A stretch of DNA of 64,000 bases from Lama glama (lineage: Eukaryota), in NCBI GenBank assembly GCA_028534125.1, contig CM052816.1:12650001-12714000 (forward strand), read 5' to 3'. Made by a program: the position numbers and the translations under genes. This document shows positions 49,855 to 60,870 of this stretch, one piece after another (position 1 is the first letter of the stretch; each line of letters starts with the position of its first letter). Below the pieces are notes generated by a model. The model was not told where the DNA came from and did not search any database. It saw only the letters and a list, made by a program, of their open reading frames with translations.

Positions 49855-50479
49855 TTATAAACCGATGGTACCTCAATTAAAAAAAAAAAGAAAGAAAAAA
49901 ATTTACCGTGAAATACTCACTGGTCTTCTCGTTCTGATGCTATACCCCCTAAGGTTTCCCGTCCTGCTGGGATCTGAGGAGTGGCGGGAGAGTTCTGCCT
50001 TTTACCACCCTGTCTATTGATGATGCTGAAATCCCATCATTTGAGATTCATTTCCCAAAGCCCTTACTTTTCTCTAAAGCCCTCTTTTTTTTTTTAATGG
50101 AAAATACCCTGAAAGGGAATGATTGTGGGGAATAAGACGGCAGTTGTTTAAATATAGCTCTTGTCTGTCTGTGATTCCAGCAGACTTAATTTTTCCTCAT
50201 TTCCTTACAGTTAGCAATATCTTTTTCCTCCAGAGATTTAGAGAAGGGAGGGGAGAAGAAGGAACCAGCCAGAGCTCTTCAAATGTTGCGACTGTATTAC
50301 CATGAACTGGCTTTAATTACACAGGGGAAAGCAGCTCAGAACTCTGGCACTTCATATAGACGCCTTTGATGTACCTCATAGCAGCCATGCGGGAGCCGAT
50401 TTTCCTCCCTTCGCTTTGTCAGCGTTTCCTCTCTACTGTATGGAGGGTGGAGGTGACATGGCAGAAACGTGCAGGAAGG

Positions 50480-50960
50480 GGGGGTATGTGTATACATTGG
50501 CTAGACACACGGTTTTGTCTGCCCTCATTTCCATACCCTATCCTTACACACTGTTCAATTTCAGCTGTCACAGTTGATTGGTCCAGGGGAGACATGTGAC
50601 CTGCACTGGCCAATCAGAGCTGTCTTTGGGCATTTTGGACTCGAGTTCTAGGTGATAAAGTCATTCTCTCCCGGTGGTAAGTGAAGCTGTTAGCCGTAAA
50701 GCTTAGGGAATGGCAATAGACATGCTTCTGGTATGTGAAAAAGCCTGCAGACAGCAAGAAAAGCAAAATTTGTGAAGAAAGAACAGAAATGGAGATTGAA
50801 GAGGAAGCATTCAGTTGTGTGTGTGATCCCAGTTCCAACTCAGACACAGATTCATCCACTTCTTAGGTTCTCCAGTGGCCTTGCAAGGTCCCACAAGTGC
50901 CAGAAATTATTCCAACTCAAGGCTAACTCTATGTTAAATTCCTTTAGAACAGGAAGCTTG
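50480..50960 (+). mobile_element. Old MaLR LTR (MLT1 I/J-like)
   Basis: TGATTGGTCCAGGGGAGACATGTGACCTGCACTGGCCAATCAGAG core. Confidence 0.55.
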
Positions 50961-51689
50961 TCATGGCTAGTCACATGGTTGTCACTTAGTTAAGAAAAAA
51001 AAAACATATATTGAAAAGAAGTTTGGAGAGTCTATCAGGTAACAAGAAGACAGCAATTCTAGTTTCTCCCATGGCCCAGGTGGGACCACAAAGAAGAAGA
51101 CAAACCAGTTGAATGAATGAGAACCCAGGCTGACAATAAACCCGTTGTATTTCTCAATGAATCCACGTTGCTTTCTGAAGAAGTGTGCTGGAGGAATATG
51201 TATGATAAGAAAGTGAATCTTGAGTGACAAATTGTTTTGAAATTGCCTTTCCATTAGGAAAACGGTGACTACCGGCTTACAAGCTCATCTTTGCCTAGTT
51301 CCTTTTTAGAGGCACCTGAATCATAGCTGCCACTTGCCACTTGCTACACAAAACTACACTATGGTCTGACCCCAGAATCTATCATGTGTACAGACATGGG
51401 TGGGCTCGTTTCCCCCATCACTGAAGACCTTCCTGCGAGCGCACTGTTTGTGCACTCTGTGCGGATGCGGGCGGGGTTGCTAGGAGACTAAGCACTGTAA
51501 CTCATTATTGGAAATTTGATAAACACTGAGAGGTTGCTGTATTCAGATCAGAAGAAATAATCTCGGCTCACAGTGGAGCAAGTTGTCGCTCCTTTCTTTG
51601 GATTCAAAATGGGCCATCGTCTCTCTCTGAAAAATTTCATCTGGGATTTTTTTACACTTTGTTTATTGTTAATATTTATTGACTTAATG

Positions 51690-51882
51690 TTGTTTGTCAG
51701 ATGCTGTGCTAAGCAATTTGCTTGTGTGTGAGCAAACTTATTCCTCACAATATCCTATGAGATATGAAATTTCATTGTACCCATTTTACAGATGAGAATA
51801 GCTACTCATCTGTTACATAGTAGAGGTGGGATTTGAACTTAGGCAGTGCCACTCCAAAGCCAGAACATTAAAACACCACGCT
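51690..51882 (-). mobile_element. MIR SINE
   Basis: TTATTCCTCACAATATCCTATGAG...CCCATTTTACAGATGAGAA...GGATTTGAACTTAGGCAG...ACTCCAAAGCC. Confidence 0.75.
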
Positions 51883-51884
51883 AA

Positions 51885-52460
51885 GTTAATTGAGGGTCTG
51901 GCATTGAGGATAGTGTAGTAAGCTAAGCAGTTAAGAACCTGTCCTCATGGACTCCTCTCTAGTCAGGAGATGAACATTCACAAAATAATCACAGAGCTAT
52001 GTATATAGTGGTAAGCTGGTAAGCGCTGTGGAAGGAGCAATGGGAGTTCTGATGACACATGCCTGGTCTGGTCTGGGAATCAAGGTGGGCTTTCCTGTTG
52101 AATAAACACTGGTGATGAGAGGTAAAGGAGAGCTAGGAGTCAGTTAAATGAGGAAAGAGGAGGGGAAGGAGTGGGCCAGATGCAGGGATGAGCACGCACG
52201 GGGCTCTGAGGCGGGCAGGGGCCGAGCATCTCGGGATTGGAGAGAAGACCTGAGCACAGAGATCTGAGTGGGCAGAATAACACAGGATGGGCCGGAGGGG
52301 AGGCAAGGGCTGGGTCACTCCGGGCCTTGTAGGACCCGGGAGGAGCCTCGTCCTAACCCAGTGAGTAAGAGCCAGATGTGGAAAGACTAGCCTTTGCAGT
52401 CCAGTTTGCACAGCAACATAGGCAGAGTGCTACAAGTGGCATGTGATGGGCCCGATGTGG
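51885..52460 (-). mobile_element. L2 LINE antisense fragment
   Basis: CCTGTCCTCATGGA...TCTAGTCAGGAGA...TCTGGGAATCAAGGTGGGCTTTCCTG...GGGCCTTGTAGG. Confidence 0.6.
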
Positions 52461-53010
52461 AGATGTATTGTCCAGAGATAAGGCCTACGCACACCCAGAG
52501 GGGGAGGCCTCCTGGTGGCGAGTCCTAGGAGGAAGGAGGAGGCAAGGCCCCAATCTCATCCTGACTTGGGTCCTTAACGTCTACAAGGACCAAGAGATGC
52601 AGGCCTATCTGCAGGTCATGACCCCATCGGGAAGCCACCATCTCATGAGTCTTTTCCAGGGCATCTTAGGCTAACAAAGCAAAAAACTCCTTCTCATAGG
52701 GTTGAAGAGTAGAAAGTACAGAGACGTTGAAGAGCACGGAAAACCCCTCCCGCCACACTACGGAGGGAAGAGAGAAGGGTCCCCCTTCTGGGGAGAGTAG
52801 TTCAGTGGCTGCCAAGTTCCCTTCTGCTTTGCTGACAGCGGTGGACCCAAGGCCAAGTCACCACCCTCGAGGGATTCTCCGTTCACCTGGCAGGAGGCAT
52901 GACTCTCGCATGCATGTGATGTTCACAGCCAGGCCACAGTCATTCCCCTAATTGTTCCCCTATATAAAGGGCAGCCACCTGGAGCCACGTCTGTCCCCAT
53001 GACTCTACCC

Positions 53011-54266
53011 TGTACTCACAGCTGTGAGTGATCAGATGAGGGTTGGCCCGGAAAGGGGGGAGCATTTCTCCCCTAGGCCTGAGACTTTCATCCAGGTGGA
53101 GGGGACTCTGCCTCTGCTACACTTCCAGCCTCTTCCACCCCTTCCCCTGGGGGAGGAGGAGCCAGCCACCTGACTGGTGAGTTCAGGAGGAAGACCTGGC
53201 TTGCTCGGCTCAGCCCCTCCCTCCTGCTGCTTCTGAGTGCTCTCTGCCCAATGGGAGCATGTGCTGTACCCTGTTCCCTGCCACTTGGATAAAGGCACCT
53301 GTCCTCATTTGGAAGCCCCCATTGCTGCAACACGCTGAAACCATCTTTATTGATAAAGTCGATATGTTACTTCCCCATCTCCCTATTCTTTTCTCCAGTG
53401 TTTTAAAATGTGGGTTGGAAAGTGGGTGTTCAGTGATAGGACCCTCTCAAATTCCAACAGGTCCTTGATATAACTGGGGCTCATCAGATCCCTTTGGGGA
53501 TGTGGGATCAAGATAGACAGCTGGGTTAGGTGTGTCAGGATGCTGAGTGCAGACACATCAAGTCAGGAGTTGGGTACAGCACATTCTGNNNNNNNNNNNN
53601 NNNNNNNNNNNNNNNNNNNNNNNNNNNNNNNNNNNNNNNNNNNNNNNNNNNNNNNNNNNNNNNNNNNNNNNNNNNNNNNNNNNNNNNNTGTACTCACAGC
53701 TGTGAGTGATCAGATGAGGGTTGGCCCGGAAAGGGGGGAGCATTTCTCCCCTAGGCCTGAGACTTTCATCCAGGTGGGGGGGACTCTGCCTCTGCTACAC
53801 TTCCAGCCTCTTCCACCCCTTCCCCTGGGGGAGGAGGAGCCAGCCACCTGACTGGTGAGTTCAGGAGGAAGACCTGGCTTGCTCGGCTCAGCCCCTCCCT
53901 CCTGCTGCTTCTGAGTGCTCTCTGCCCATTGGGAGCATGTGTTGTACCCTGTTCCCTGCCACTTGGATAAAGGCACCTGTCCTCATTTGGAAGCCCCCAT
54001 TGCTGCAACACGCTGAAACCATCTTTATTGATAAAGTCGATATGTTACTTCCCCATCTCCCTATTCTTTTCTCCAGTGTTTTAAAATGTGGGTTGGAAAG
54101 TGGGTGTTCAGTGATAGGACCCTCTCAAATTCCAACAGGCCCTTGATATAACTGGGGCTCATCAGATCCCTTTGGGGATGTGGGATCAAGATAGACAGCT
54201 GGGTTAAGTGTGTCAGGATGCTGAGTGCAGACACATCAAGTCAGGAGTTGGGTACAGCACATTCTG
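53011..54266. repeat. 578-bp direct repeat (53011-53588 and 53689-54266) flanking a 100-N gap (53589-53688)
   Basis: Base-by-base comparison at offset 678 shows 5 substitutions and no indels. Confidence 0.97.
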
Positions 54267-55035
54267 CCTGCCTTGGGACCAGGGTTCTAAGGAAGGAGAT
54301 CTGATGAGCAAGAGGCAGGAGCCACGTGAGCACACCACATAGCGAGGTGGAGTTCTCAGGGTTCTAGCTCACAGCCTCAGCCGCTCCTGACCTCCGGGCA
54401 ATTCAGGCCAGCTCTCGGGATCCACCAGACCCTGCTGGATCTTGAAACCAAATTCCTCATCTAGAAGTTTAAGCAAGTAGAGTTGGTTTGTGTGGACTTG
54501 CCACCTAAAGAATCCGAATTCCATTGGCAAAAGTCTTTCAAGATACTCTCGAGAAAAGCAATTAAAATGTACTTTCACTTTTCAAAATGCCTAGAAGTTA
54601 TCTATGTTTCTGTGGGGGGAATGTTGGTGTGTGCATGTAATTCACTCCAATTTACTGTACTCTAGCTGCAAATAAGAGGCTGACATTTGCCTCATGAAAG
54701 GTCCCGCAGTTTTGGAAATGTGTTGCCTGCTCTGTCTCAGCAACTTCAATTTGAATTCAAAGAAGAGGAGACTGGAGCTCAGATTAGGAGTGGTATCTTG
54801 CACCTGTCACCCTCTAGAGCCAAAAGTGAAGATACGGGTCTGATCTTCAGCAACAAGTGCATAACAATGACATTTAATAACGATGATGATGATTTGTTTT
54901 ATAGTTTACAAAATGCTTTCGTATCCATCTTCTTGTTCTGTTACTTTTCTACTCACATTCCCAGAGAGAGGTGATGTGAGGCAGCCATTATTAGCTCTGT
55001 CTCACAGAGAGGAAATTAAGAGTTAGTGACAGGGA

Positions 55036-55180
55036 GGGGGAGGGTATAGCTCAAGTGGTAGAGCGCATGCTTAGCATGCACAAGATCCTGGGTTCAATCC
55101 CCAGCACCTCCTCTAAAAATAAATAAAATAAGTACCTAACTACCCTCCCCAACTAAAAAATTTAAAAAAAAAATAAAAAA
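55036..55180 (+). mobile_element. tRNA-Ala-derived camelid-type SINE inserted in an antisense MIR
   Basis: GGGGGAGGGTATAGCTCAAGTGGTAGAGCGCATGCTTAGCATGCACAAGATCCTGGGTTCAATCCCCAGCACCTCC plus an A-rich tail. TSD-like AAGAGTTAG at 55018-55026 and 55179-55187. MIR halves on both sides. Confidence 0.9.
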
Positions 55181-56624
55181 GAGTTAGAGAGATAAGGTGA
55201 CTCACCCAAGTCCATGTGGCTGAATGTGGTACTGCCAGGGCCAAGTTTAAACCTTCTGACCTGGAATCATGTGTTTCTAGGGGAAAAGGCTCTCACCAAG
55301 CTCCATGGGACTATCCATCCAGAGGAAAATGATGTTACAGAAGGGCACCAAGCAAGGTAACTCACCTTTCTGCAGAGCAAGGAGAATCTCTCCCAGTACA
55401 CAGAACGAGATTCACTCCCCTCGAGCCTGGGGTTCCCCACAAAGTCACCTGGATGCAGCAGAAGTTCACATGACTGCAAAGGACTTAGGGAAGTGTTTGG
55501 CATATCATGAGATACGTATTTCACTGAATGAATGAGTGAGTAAATGAATGAATGAGTGAAATGGAAAGAGAAAATCTATTAGTCTATAATCCCAGAATCT
55601 TTATCTTAAAAGAATATGGATAGGCTTCAGAGGACCCAAGAAACCCCTAAAATTCGAATAAAATCGTATGTATTATGCGCATTTTTCTGGAAAGAGGGTC
55701 TGGGTTTCATCAAATTCTCAAAGAAATGGCTGGGCCAAAAGGTTAAATATCACTGGTATGAATTATAAGGAGAAAAGCAAATATTGTAGAAGAAAAATCT
55801 CCCTTTGCAGCCAAAGAAGCACCTTGCTAATATATTTTGGGGTTGGGGAATCAAGCCCAGCCATGTTTGATGAGGGCTGGAGTTGTGAAAGGCTATTGGG
55901 GTCACTCTGTTGGCCTATGGAGGGGAAGATCAAATCAAGGAAGGGGTAATTTAGGATTGTACTGCACAGAGGATGCCAGAAGTTAGGTCATTTCCACCTT
56001 GGTTGCAGAAGCCTGAACCAAATTTTGAAATGAAATAGTAGGGTTTTGATTCCTCAAGCCTTGTTTATTTTACTTTATTTTTCTAAAATAAGCTTGTAGT
56101 CCATCTTTTTGAAAGTTTGAAGGCAATCTTTCTCAGAGGCAGAAGATTGGACCTAATCATCTCTAGAACTGCCTTTCATATTTGTAACATCATGTAAAGA
56201 TTTCTGATACAGAATGCCCTTTGGGTTGGGTTTCTATATGATGAATTACATCTTGTTGTTATGGTAACTAGCACTCTAAATATAGCATGAAGCACGAAAG
56301 AGTTTCATTTACAAGGTAACGTGAAATTCTTTTGACAACAGTAGTTTTAAAAATAAGTCGATGAATGCTTGTGTTTTTCTTTTTTCCTACAATGAATTTT
56401 CTAAAGTCTTAGACATGAGTCAGACTTTTATCCTAACTTACAAGTTTTCTCCTTTAAGGAAAGAATAGTGAAATCAATTAGGTGATATGCATATGACAGA
56501 ATAATACGAACATTAAAGTGCATGCTTTGCATCATACCTAGAGAAGAGTCTGTACTGTCGTGCTTATCTCTACATGCTGATATGACTAGTCTCACACACA
56601 CACACACACACAGAGCTCATCGTT

Positions 56625-56850
56625 TTTTAAAAATTTTACTGAACGGTAGTTCACAAATCATAAAACGTATCCACTTTAAATGTTCACTTCAGGGGCTTTT
56701 TGAAAACTCACGGAGTTGTGCAACCATCACCATAGTCTACCTGTAGACATTTTCACCACTCCAAAATGGAACTCCGTATTGGTAGTCATTCCTCTTCCTT
56801 GACTCCCTACACCTAACCCAGACCCCAGCAACTACTAATTGACTTTTAAA
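56625..56850 (-). mobile_element. Old L1 (L1MB-like) 3' end
   Basis: CCACTTTAAATGTTCACTTCAG...TCACGGAGTTGTGCAACCATCACCATAGTC...CCCCAGCAACTACTAAT. Confidence 0.7.
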
Positions 56851-57849
56851 TTCCTTGCAATGAAAGTATACAAATTTGATACATCATTCATTATATTTTC
56901 TTGCAGTTCGCTGATTATCTTGTATGCCAGTAAGATGGTAAACTTCATGAGGGCCAGGAACAGTGGCATGACTCTTTCCATCCTATGAGGCTGACACAAA
57001 AGTAGATGACAATAAAAGCTTCATGACCGAGTGGAATGGGGATTTTTATATTGCCCAATTAATGCCATCACAAGCTATGCTTTTAAGATGTCTAACATCT
57101 ATAGACTTGAGAATATCTGGATGGCTGACTTAATATGTTCATCTTAATCTGGATGTTTTGGCATCAAGTAATGTAACCCTGAGGTTAGCCTGCAAAAATT
57201 AAGGGACTTCACTCATTTATTCTCAGATGTGTTGAGCTGGTGAACTGTCACACAGATGGGTGATGCCTGCCAACCTAACTCCTCCAGGGGAGAAGAAAGG
57301 CAGCCAAGAGTCCTTTGGGTAATCTTTCCTCATTCCAGATGTTAAGTATATGACAAGATGTGTTCTAGTGTGATGTTGAAGGCATAGACTCTGAAGACAA
57401 TGCAAAAAAGGAAATTGGTAGCTAAAATCAAAGTTCCTTCATCCGATTAGAGGCATCTGACAGATATTTAGGTGTCAGAATAATTGCTGACTTTTTTCTT
57501 ATTACCCTTCAAGCATTTTCTCTTAGATCCCTATTCTCAGATTAGGTGTGTAACTGGAAACTAAACAAGACGGTTCTTCAAAGAGAATGGAAAGCATGCT
57601 CACCATTCTTAATTGGCTTATCATACTTTCCTTGTCCTAAGGGTGTTTTGATTTAAAATTCTAGCTGAGGCACATTTGAAGATATAAACTCATTTTTAAC
57701 ATATGTGAAATCAAATGTATGTACAGGATTAAATTTATTAGATGATCATATTATCTTTCCTCTTTACATTTCAAATTCTATTTTGAGAATTTAAATTCAA
57801 GCTTTCAACATTTTTGATTTGAAAACAGGAAGTAGTACAGGATGGTGTC

Positions 57850-58330
57850 AGTATGAGGGCATTTTTTATTGCAAGTGGTAGCCCATGAATTCAATGACTT
57901 AAGCAAAAGGATAATTATCAGTTTATAAACATAAGTAATACATAAGTAATGAAGCCATGATGGCTTCATCCTGGGTTCAAGCAATGACTCAATTCTTAGG
58001 TTCCTCATAGTGGCAAAATGGCTGCAACTGCTCCAGTTACTGCTTACTCCCAAGTCCATGTCTAGTGAAAAAGTGAAACTATCTCTACTCAGAGATTTCC
58101 AGCCAAAATTTTACTGCATCTCATTGGTCTGTCAGGTACATGTGCTCACTCCTGAATCAATCACAATGATCATGGGAATAAGAGACACTGATTGGCTTGG
58201 GTTGAAGGAGCAGTCAAGTGCGTGTCCCAGGAGGTAGCAGCAGGGGAAATCTCCTAATTCAAACTAGGGGCTTTATCCAAAAGAAGCAGAAATGGATTTC
58301 AGGAAGGCAAACAATAAATCTCCACTTAAA
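57850..58330 (-). mobile_element. Old MaLR LTR (MLT1K-like)
   Basis: TTATTGCAAGTGG...GACTTAAGCAAAAGG...TCTCATTGGTCTG...CATGTGCTCACTCCTGAATCAATCAC...CTGATTGGC. Confidence 0.6.
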
Positions 58331-58859
58331 ATGCCTTTTTGTTCCTTTATTCCAATGTATTAGATTATTTAAAGGCTTAACAAAAAACATGAGGACTAGA
58401 ATCCAGCACTCAGCACAGTGCATAGTATTTGCTAGTCAGCTCAGTCAGTTTTGGTTGAATGAATGAAACAATGAGTTTCTAAAAAATGTGTCACACCCCA
58501 ACCCATGTGGTACCTCCAAACTCCAGTGAAGGTAACAAGTTCTCTGCGTGGTCCTCTTAAAGCCCCCCTCTTTCGCTGGCTGTAAGATGAATGTCAGCTT
58601 CCCCACCCCCACTTCTCCTTCCACGAATAGTCAAGAGAAGAGACCCAAAGCGCCATGTTCCCTGTATCTTTTCCACTTCATATCTTTCATACCCTGGGGG
58701 ATGAAATTTTCAGTATTAATTTTCAGTGACCTCCTTTGCCAATCCTGCAGAGCACTTAGTATGCAGGGATTTATTCTTGGCCTTTGGGGCCTCAGCCAGA
58801 ACCCAGACAGAACATCATATCAACATGGTATCGCATACACTTCAATACATCCACACATA

Positions 58860-59565
58860 TAGAAGACAAAGCACCCATATAGAGAAAAACAAAAAAAGAA
58901 AACAGAAAAAGAAAGAAAAAATGGATCTCTGCCAGCTAGAGCTCAAAGATGGCACCTGCCTGCTAGAATGAGTCAGAAGGAGAACATACAGACAGTGTCC
59001 ACAGGAAAAAAAGAAAAAAAAAATTAAAAAAGCTAACATTAGGGGAAAAGAAAAAAAAGAAAGGAAAGATGCCTCTCTTGGCTGGAGTTTGAAGGTGGTG
59101 CCTGCCAGCCAGCAGGCCACCTAGATGTGTGCTGAATTAGATTCCTGCCCCTCAGGCCGACATCTTAAGATTAGCAAATGAGCCTCTTGCACATAAAGTC
59201 TGGGCTCCTCTCCATAGGCTGCCTCTTCACAGAGCCCTCAATCGAGTATGAGTCCTTTAAGAGCTGTTTCTCAGATCGGCATAGCCTTGTGGTCTCGGGG
59301 CCACGTGCCCCATTGATTTTGAAAGCTAGCTATTTGGGGGGGGGATTGTTTCTCAGGAACAGATCTGAAAAGTTGGGGTGCCAGATGTGGAGTTTTGCTC
59401 CTCAGGGAGAAGCTCTGGGTTTTAAACTCCCTCCCAGTTGTGGGTGGCTGTGCCCAAGATGGGGTTCATGGCAAGACTGTGCCCCTGCTTCTCCTGTTTG
59501 CTTTGCTGTAGCTGCAGATTGCTGTGTCTGTGGGAGGAAGGGAGGCCTGGTCGTTCTTTTGTCAC
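58860..59565 (-). mobile_element. L1 5'-region (UTR-like) antisense fragment
   Basis: GGGGTGCCAGATGTGG...GCTCCTCAGGGAGAAGCTCTGGGTTTT...CCCTCCCAGTTGTGGGT resembles recalled laurasiatherian L1 5' sequence, with A-rich tracts to the left. Confidence 0.45.
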
Positions 59566-59864
59566 CATCTTGAACCAGAACCTGTCCTTCTTCTTTCAGC
59601 TGGGGCATCTGTCTTTTCCTGCCTTAGGACATCGGTGGTTCTCCAGCCTTGGACTCAGAAACTGCCACCAGAAGCCCCTCGGTCCTCGGGGTCCCAGACC
59701 TTGCCTGGATTACGCCGGTAAGTCTCTTGGGTCTCCAGGTTGCATGTGGCAGATTGTGGACCTTCTCCACCTTCATAACACGTGAACCAAGTCCTGTGGG
59801 AAATCTCCTCTTGAATATATCTGTGTCCTGTTGGTTCTGTTTCTCCTGAGCACCTGACTAACGC
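59566..59864 (+). mobile_element. MLT2-like (ERVL) LTR 3' half
   Basis: GGGTCTCCAGGTTGCA...GGCAGATTGTGGACCTTCTC...CATAACACGTGAACCAA...TCCTGTTGGTTCTGTTTCTC...CTGACTAACGCA. Confidence 0.75.
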
Positions 59865-60400
59865 ACTGCCGTAACAAAGTAAGACAAATCTAGTGAATTA
59901 AAACACTACTCACTTATTATTTCAGAGCTCTGTACGTAAGGAAAAAATCCGGTGGGTTTGGCTGATTTCTCTGCTTTGAGTCTCAAAAGGCCAGAACCAG
60001 GTGTCGGCAGGCCACGTTCCTCTCCGAGACTGGAGGGGAGAATGTCTCCATGCCCCCTCGTGCTGTTGACAGAACTCAGGTCCTTACAGCTGCAGGACGA
60101 GGTCCCCCTGTCTCTGAGGGCTGTGGGCTGAGGCCTCCCATAGCTCCTAGAGCTCACTCGCCAGTCCTCGCTCGGAACCTGCTCTATCTCAGAACCAGCG
60201 GCGGCATCAAAGCCTGCTGGCACTGCCCGCCCCTCTCTGCCTCCTCTTCTGATCTTCAGACCGGCCAGTCTGATAACGCAGAATAATTTCCCTATGCTAA
60301 GGCCTAGCTTTAATTCCTTTGCAAAGTCCCTTTCGTCGTGTTAGGAGAAAAGCCACGGAGACCCAAATCCTGCCTACCAGATGGGTATGTGTTACCTTCC
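59865..60400 (-). mobile_element. MLT1 (D/E-like) MaLR LTR
   Basis: CTGCCGTAACAAAGTA...AGGTGTCGGCAGG...TGTTGACAGAACTCAGGTCCTTACAGCTGCAGGAC...CTTTAATTCCTTTGCAAAGTCCCTTT...AATCCTGCCTACCA. Confidence 0.7.
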
Positions 60401-60599
60401 AGAACGTCTGTGTGGGTTTAGGCTGCCTCCAGCATTGCCTAAGAATTTCCATTTCCTCACTCTCCTCAAGCATGGGTCTTATTCGTCAAGCGGTGAAAAT
60501 TGCAAACAAACTTTACATAGGATGGGTGAAAAGCCATCTGTGTTGCTTGAATTGCGTTCCTTAGGTTATTCACGAAGTGGGATTTGAAGGGGCATTTTG

Positions 60600-60870
60600 T
60601 GAAACGGTCAGTAACGCAGTCACAGAGAGATCCGTGCAGACAGCGGGACGGGGGCGCTGCGCGGCGGGGGTCGGGGCGTAACGGGGTGGCCTCTCTGCCC
60701 CGCAGCCCAGCCGGGCGTGGGTGAGGGGCAGCTCTGAATTGCAGCGGGCAGCCCCCGACGCAGATGCACAGCGGTCGCATCAATCTGGAAGCGATCACGA
60801 TCGATGGTAAGCTCACCAGGACTGCTTTCGCCAAGTGCTGGCGTGTGCTTTGACACGAAGCCCACAAACC
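60600..60870. promoter_or_regulatory. Orphan CpG-rich island (no coding gene nearby in the window)
   Basis: Sharp local rise in GC and CpG (GCGGGACGGGGGCGCTGCGCGGCGGGGGTCGGGGCG...) in sequence I do not recognise as a repeat. Confidence 0.55.

Larger units (their letters stand above)
49045..49905 (+). mobile_element. L1 3' end interrupted by a Tigger MITE and a solo LTR
   Basis: Removing the two inserts restores ...GTAGTGTATACAGAAGTCAAAATA|TAAGTTTGTACACATGATATTTATATAAAGTTAT|AAACCGATGGTACCTCAATTAAAAAAAAAA. Confidence 0.8.

Noticed and set aside
53032..54146. Paired near-identical ORFs suggesting a duplicated small gene
   Set aside because: They result from the gap-flanking duplication and show no recognisable protein features.
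55036..55112. tRNA-Ala(AGC) genes at ~12570-12634, 28042-28117, 44792-44860 and 55036-55112
   Set aside because: They have an extra GGGGAG 5' leader, A-rich tails and TSDs in most copies, and stem mismatches. These are tRNA-derived SINEs, not tRNA genes.
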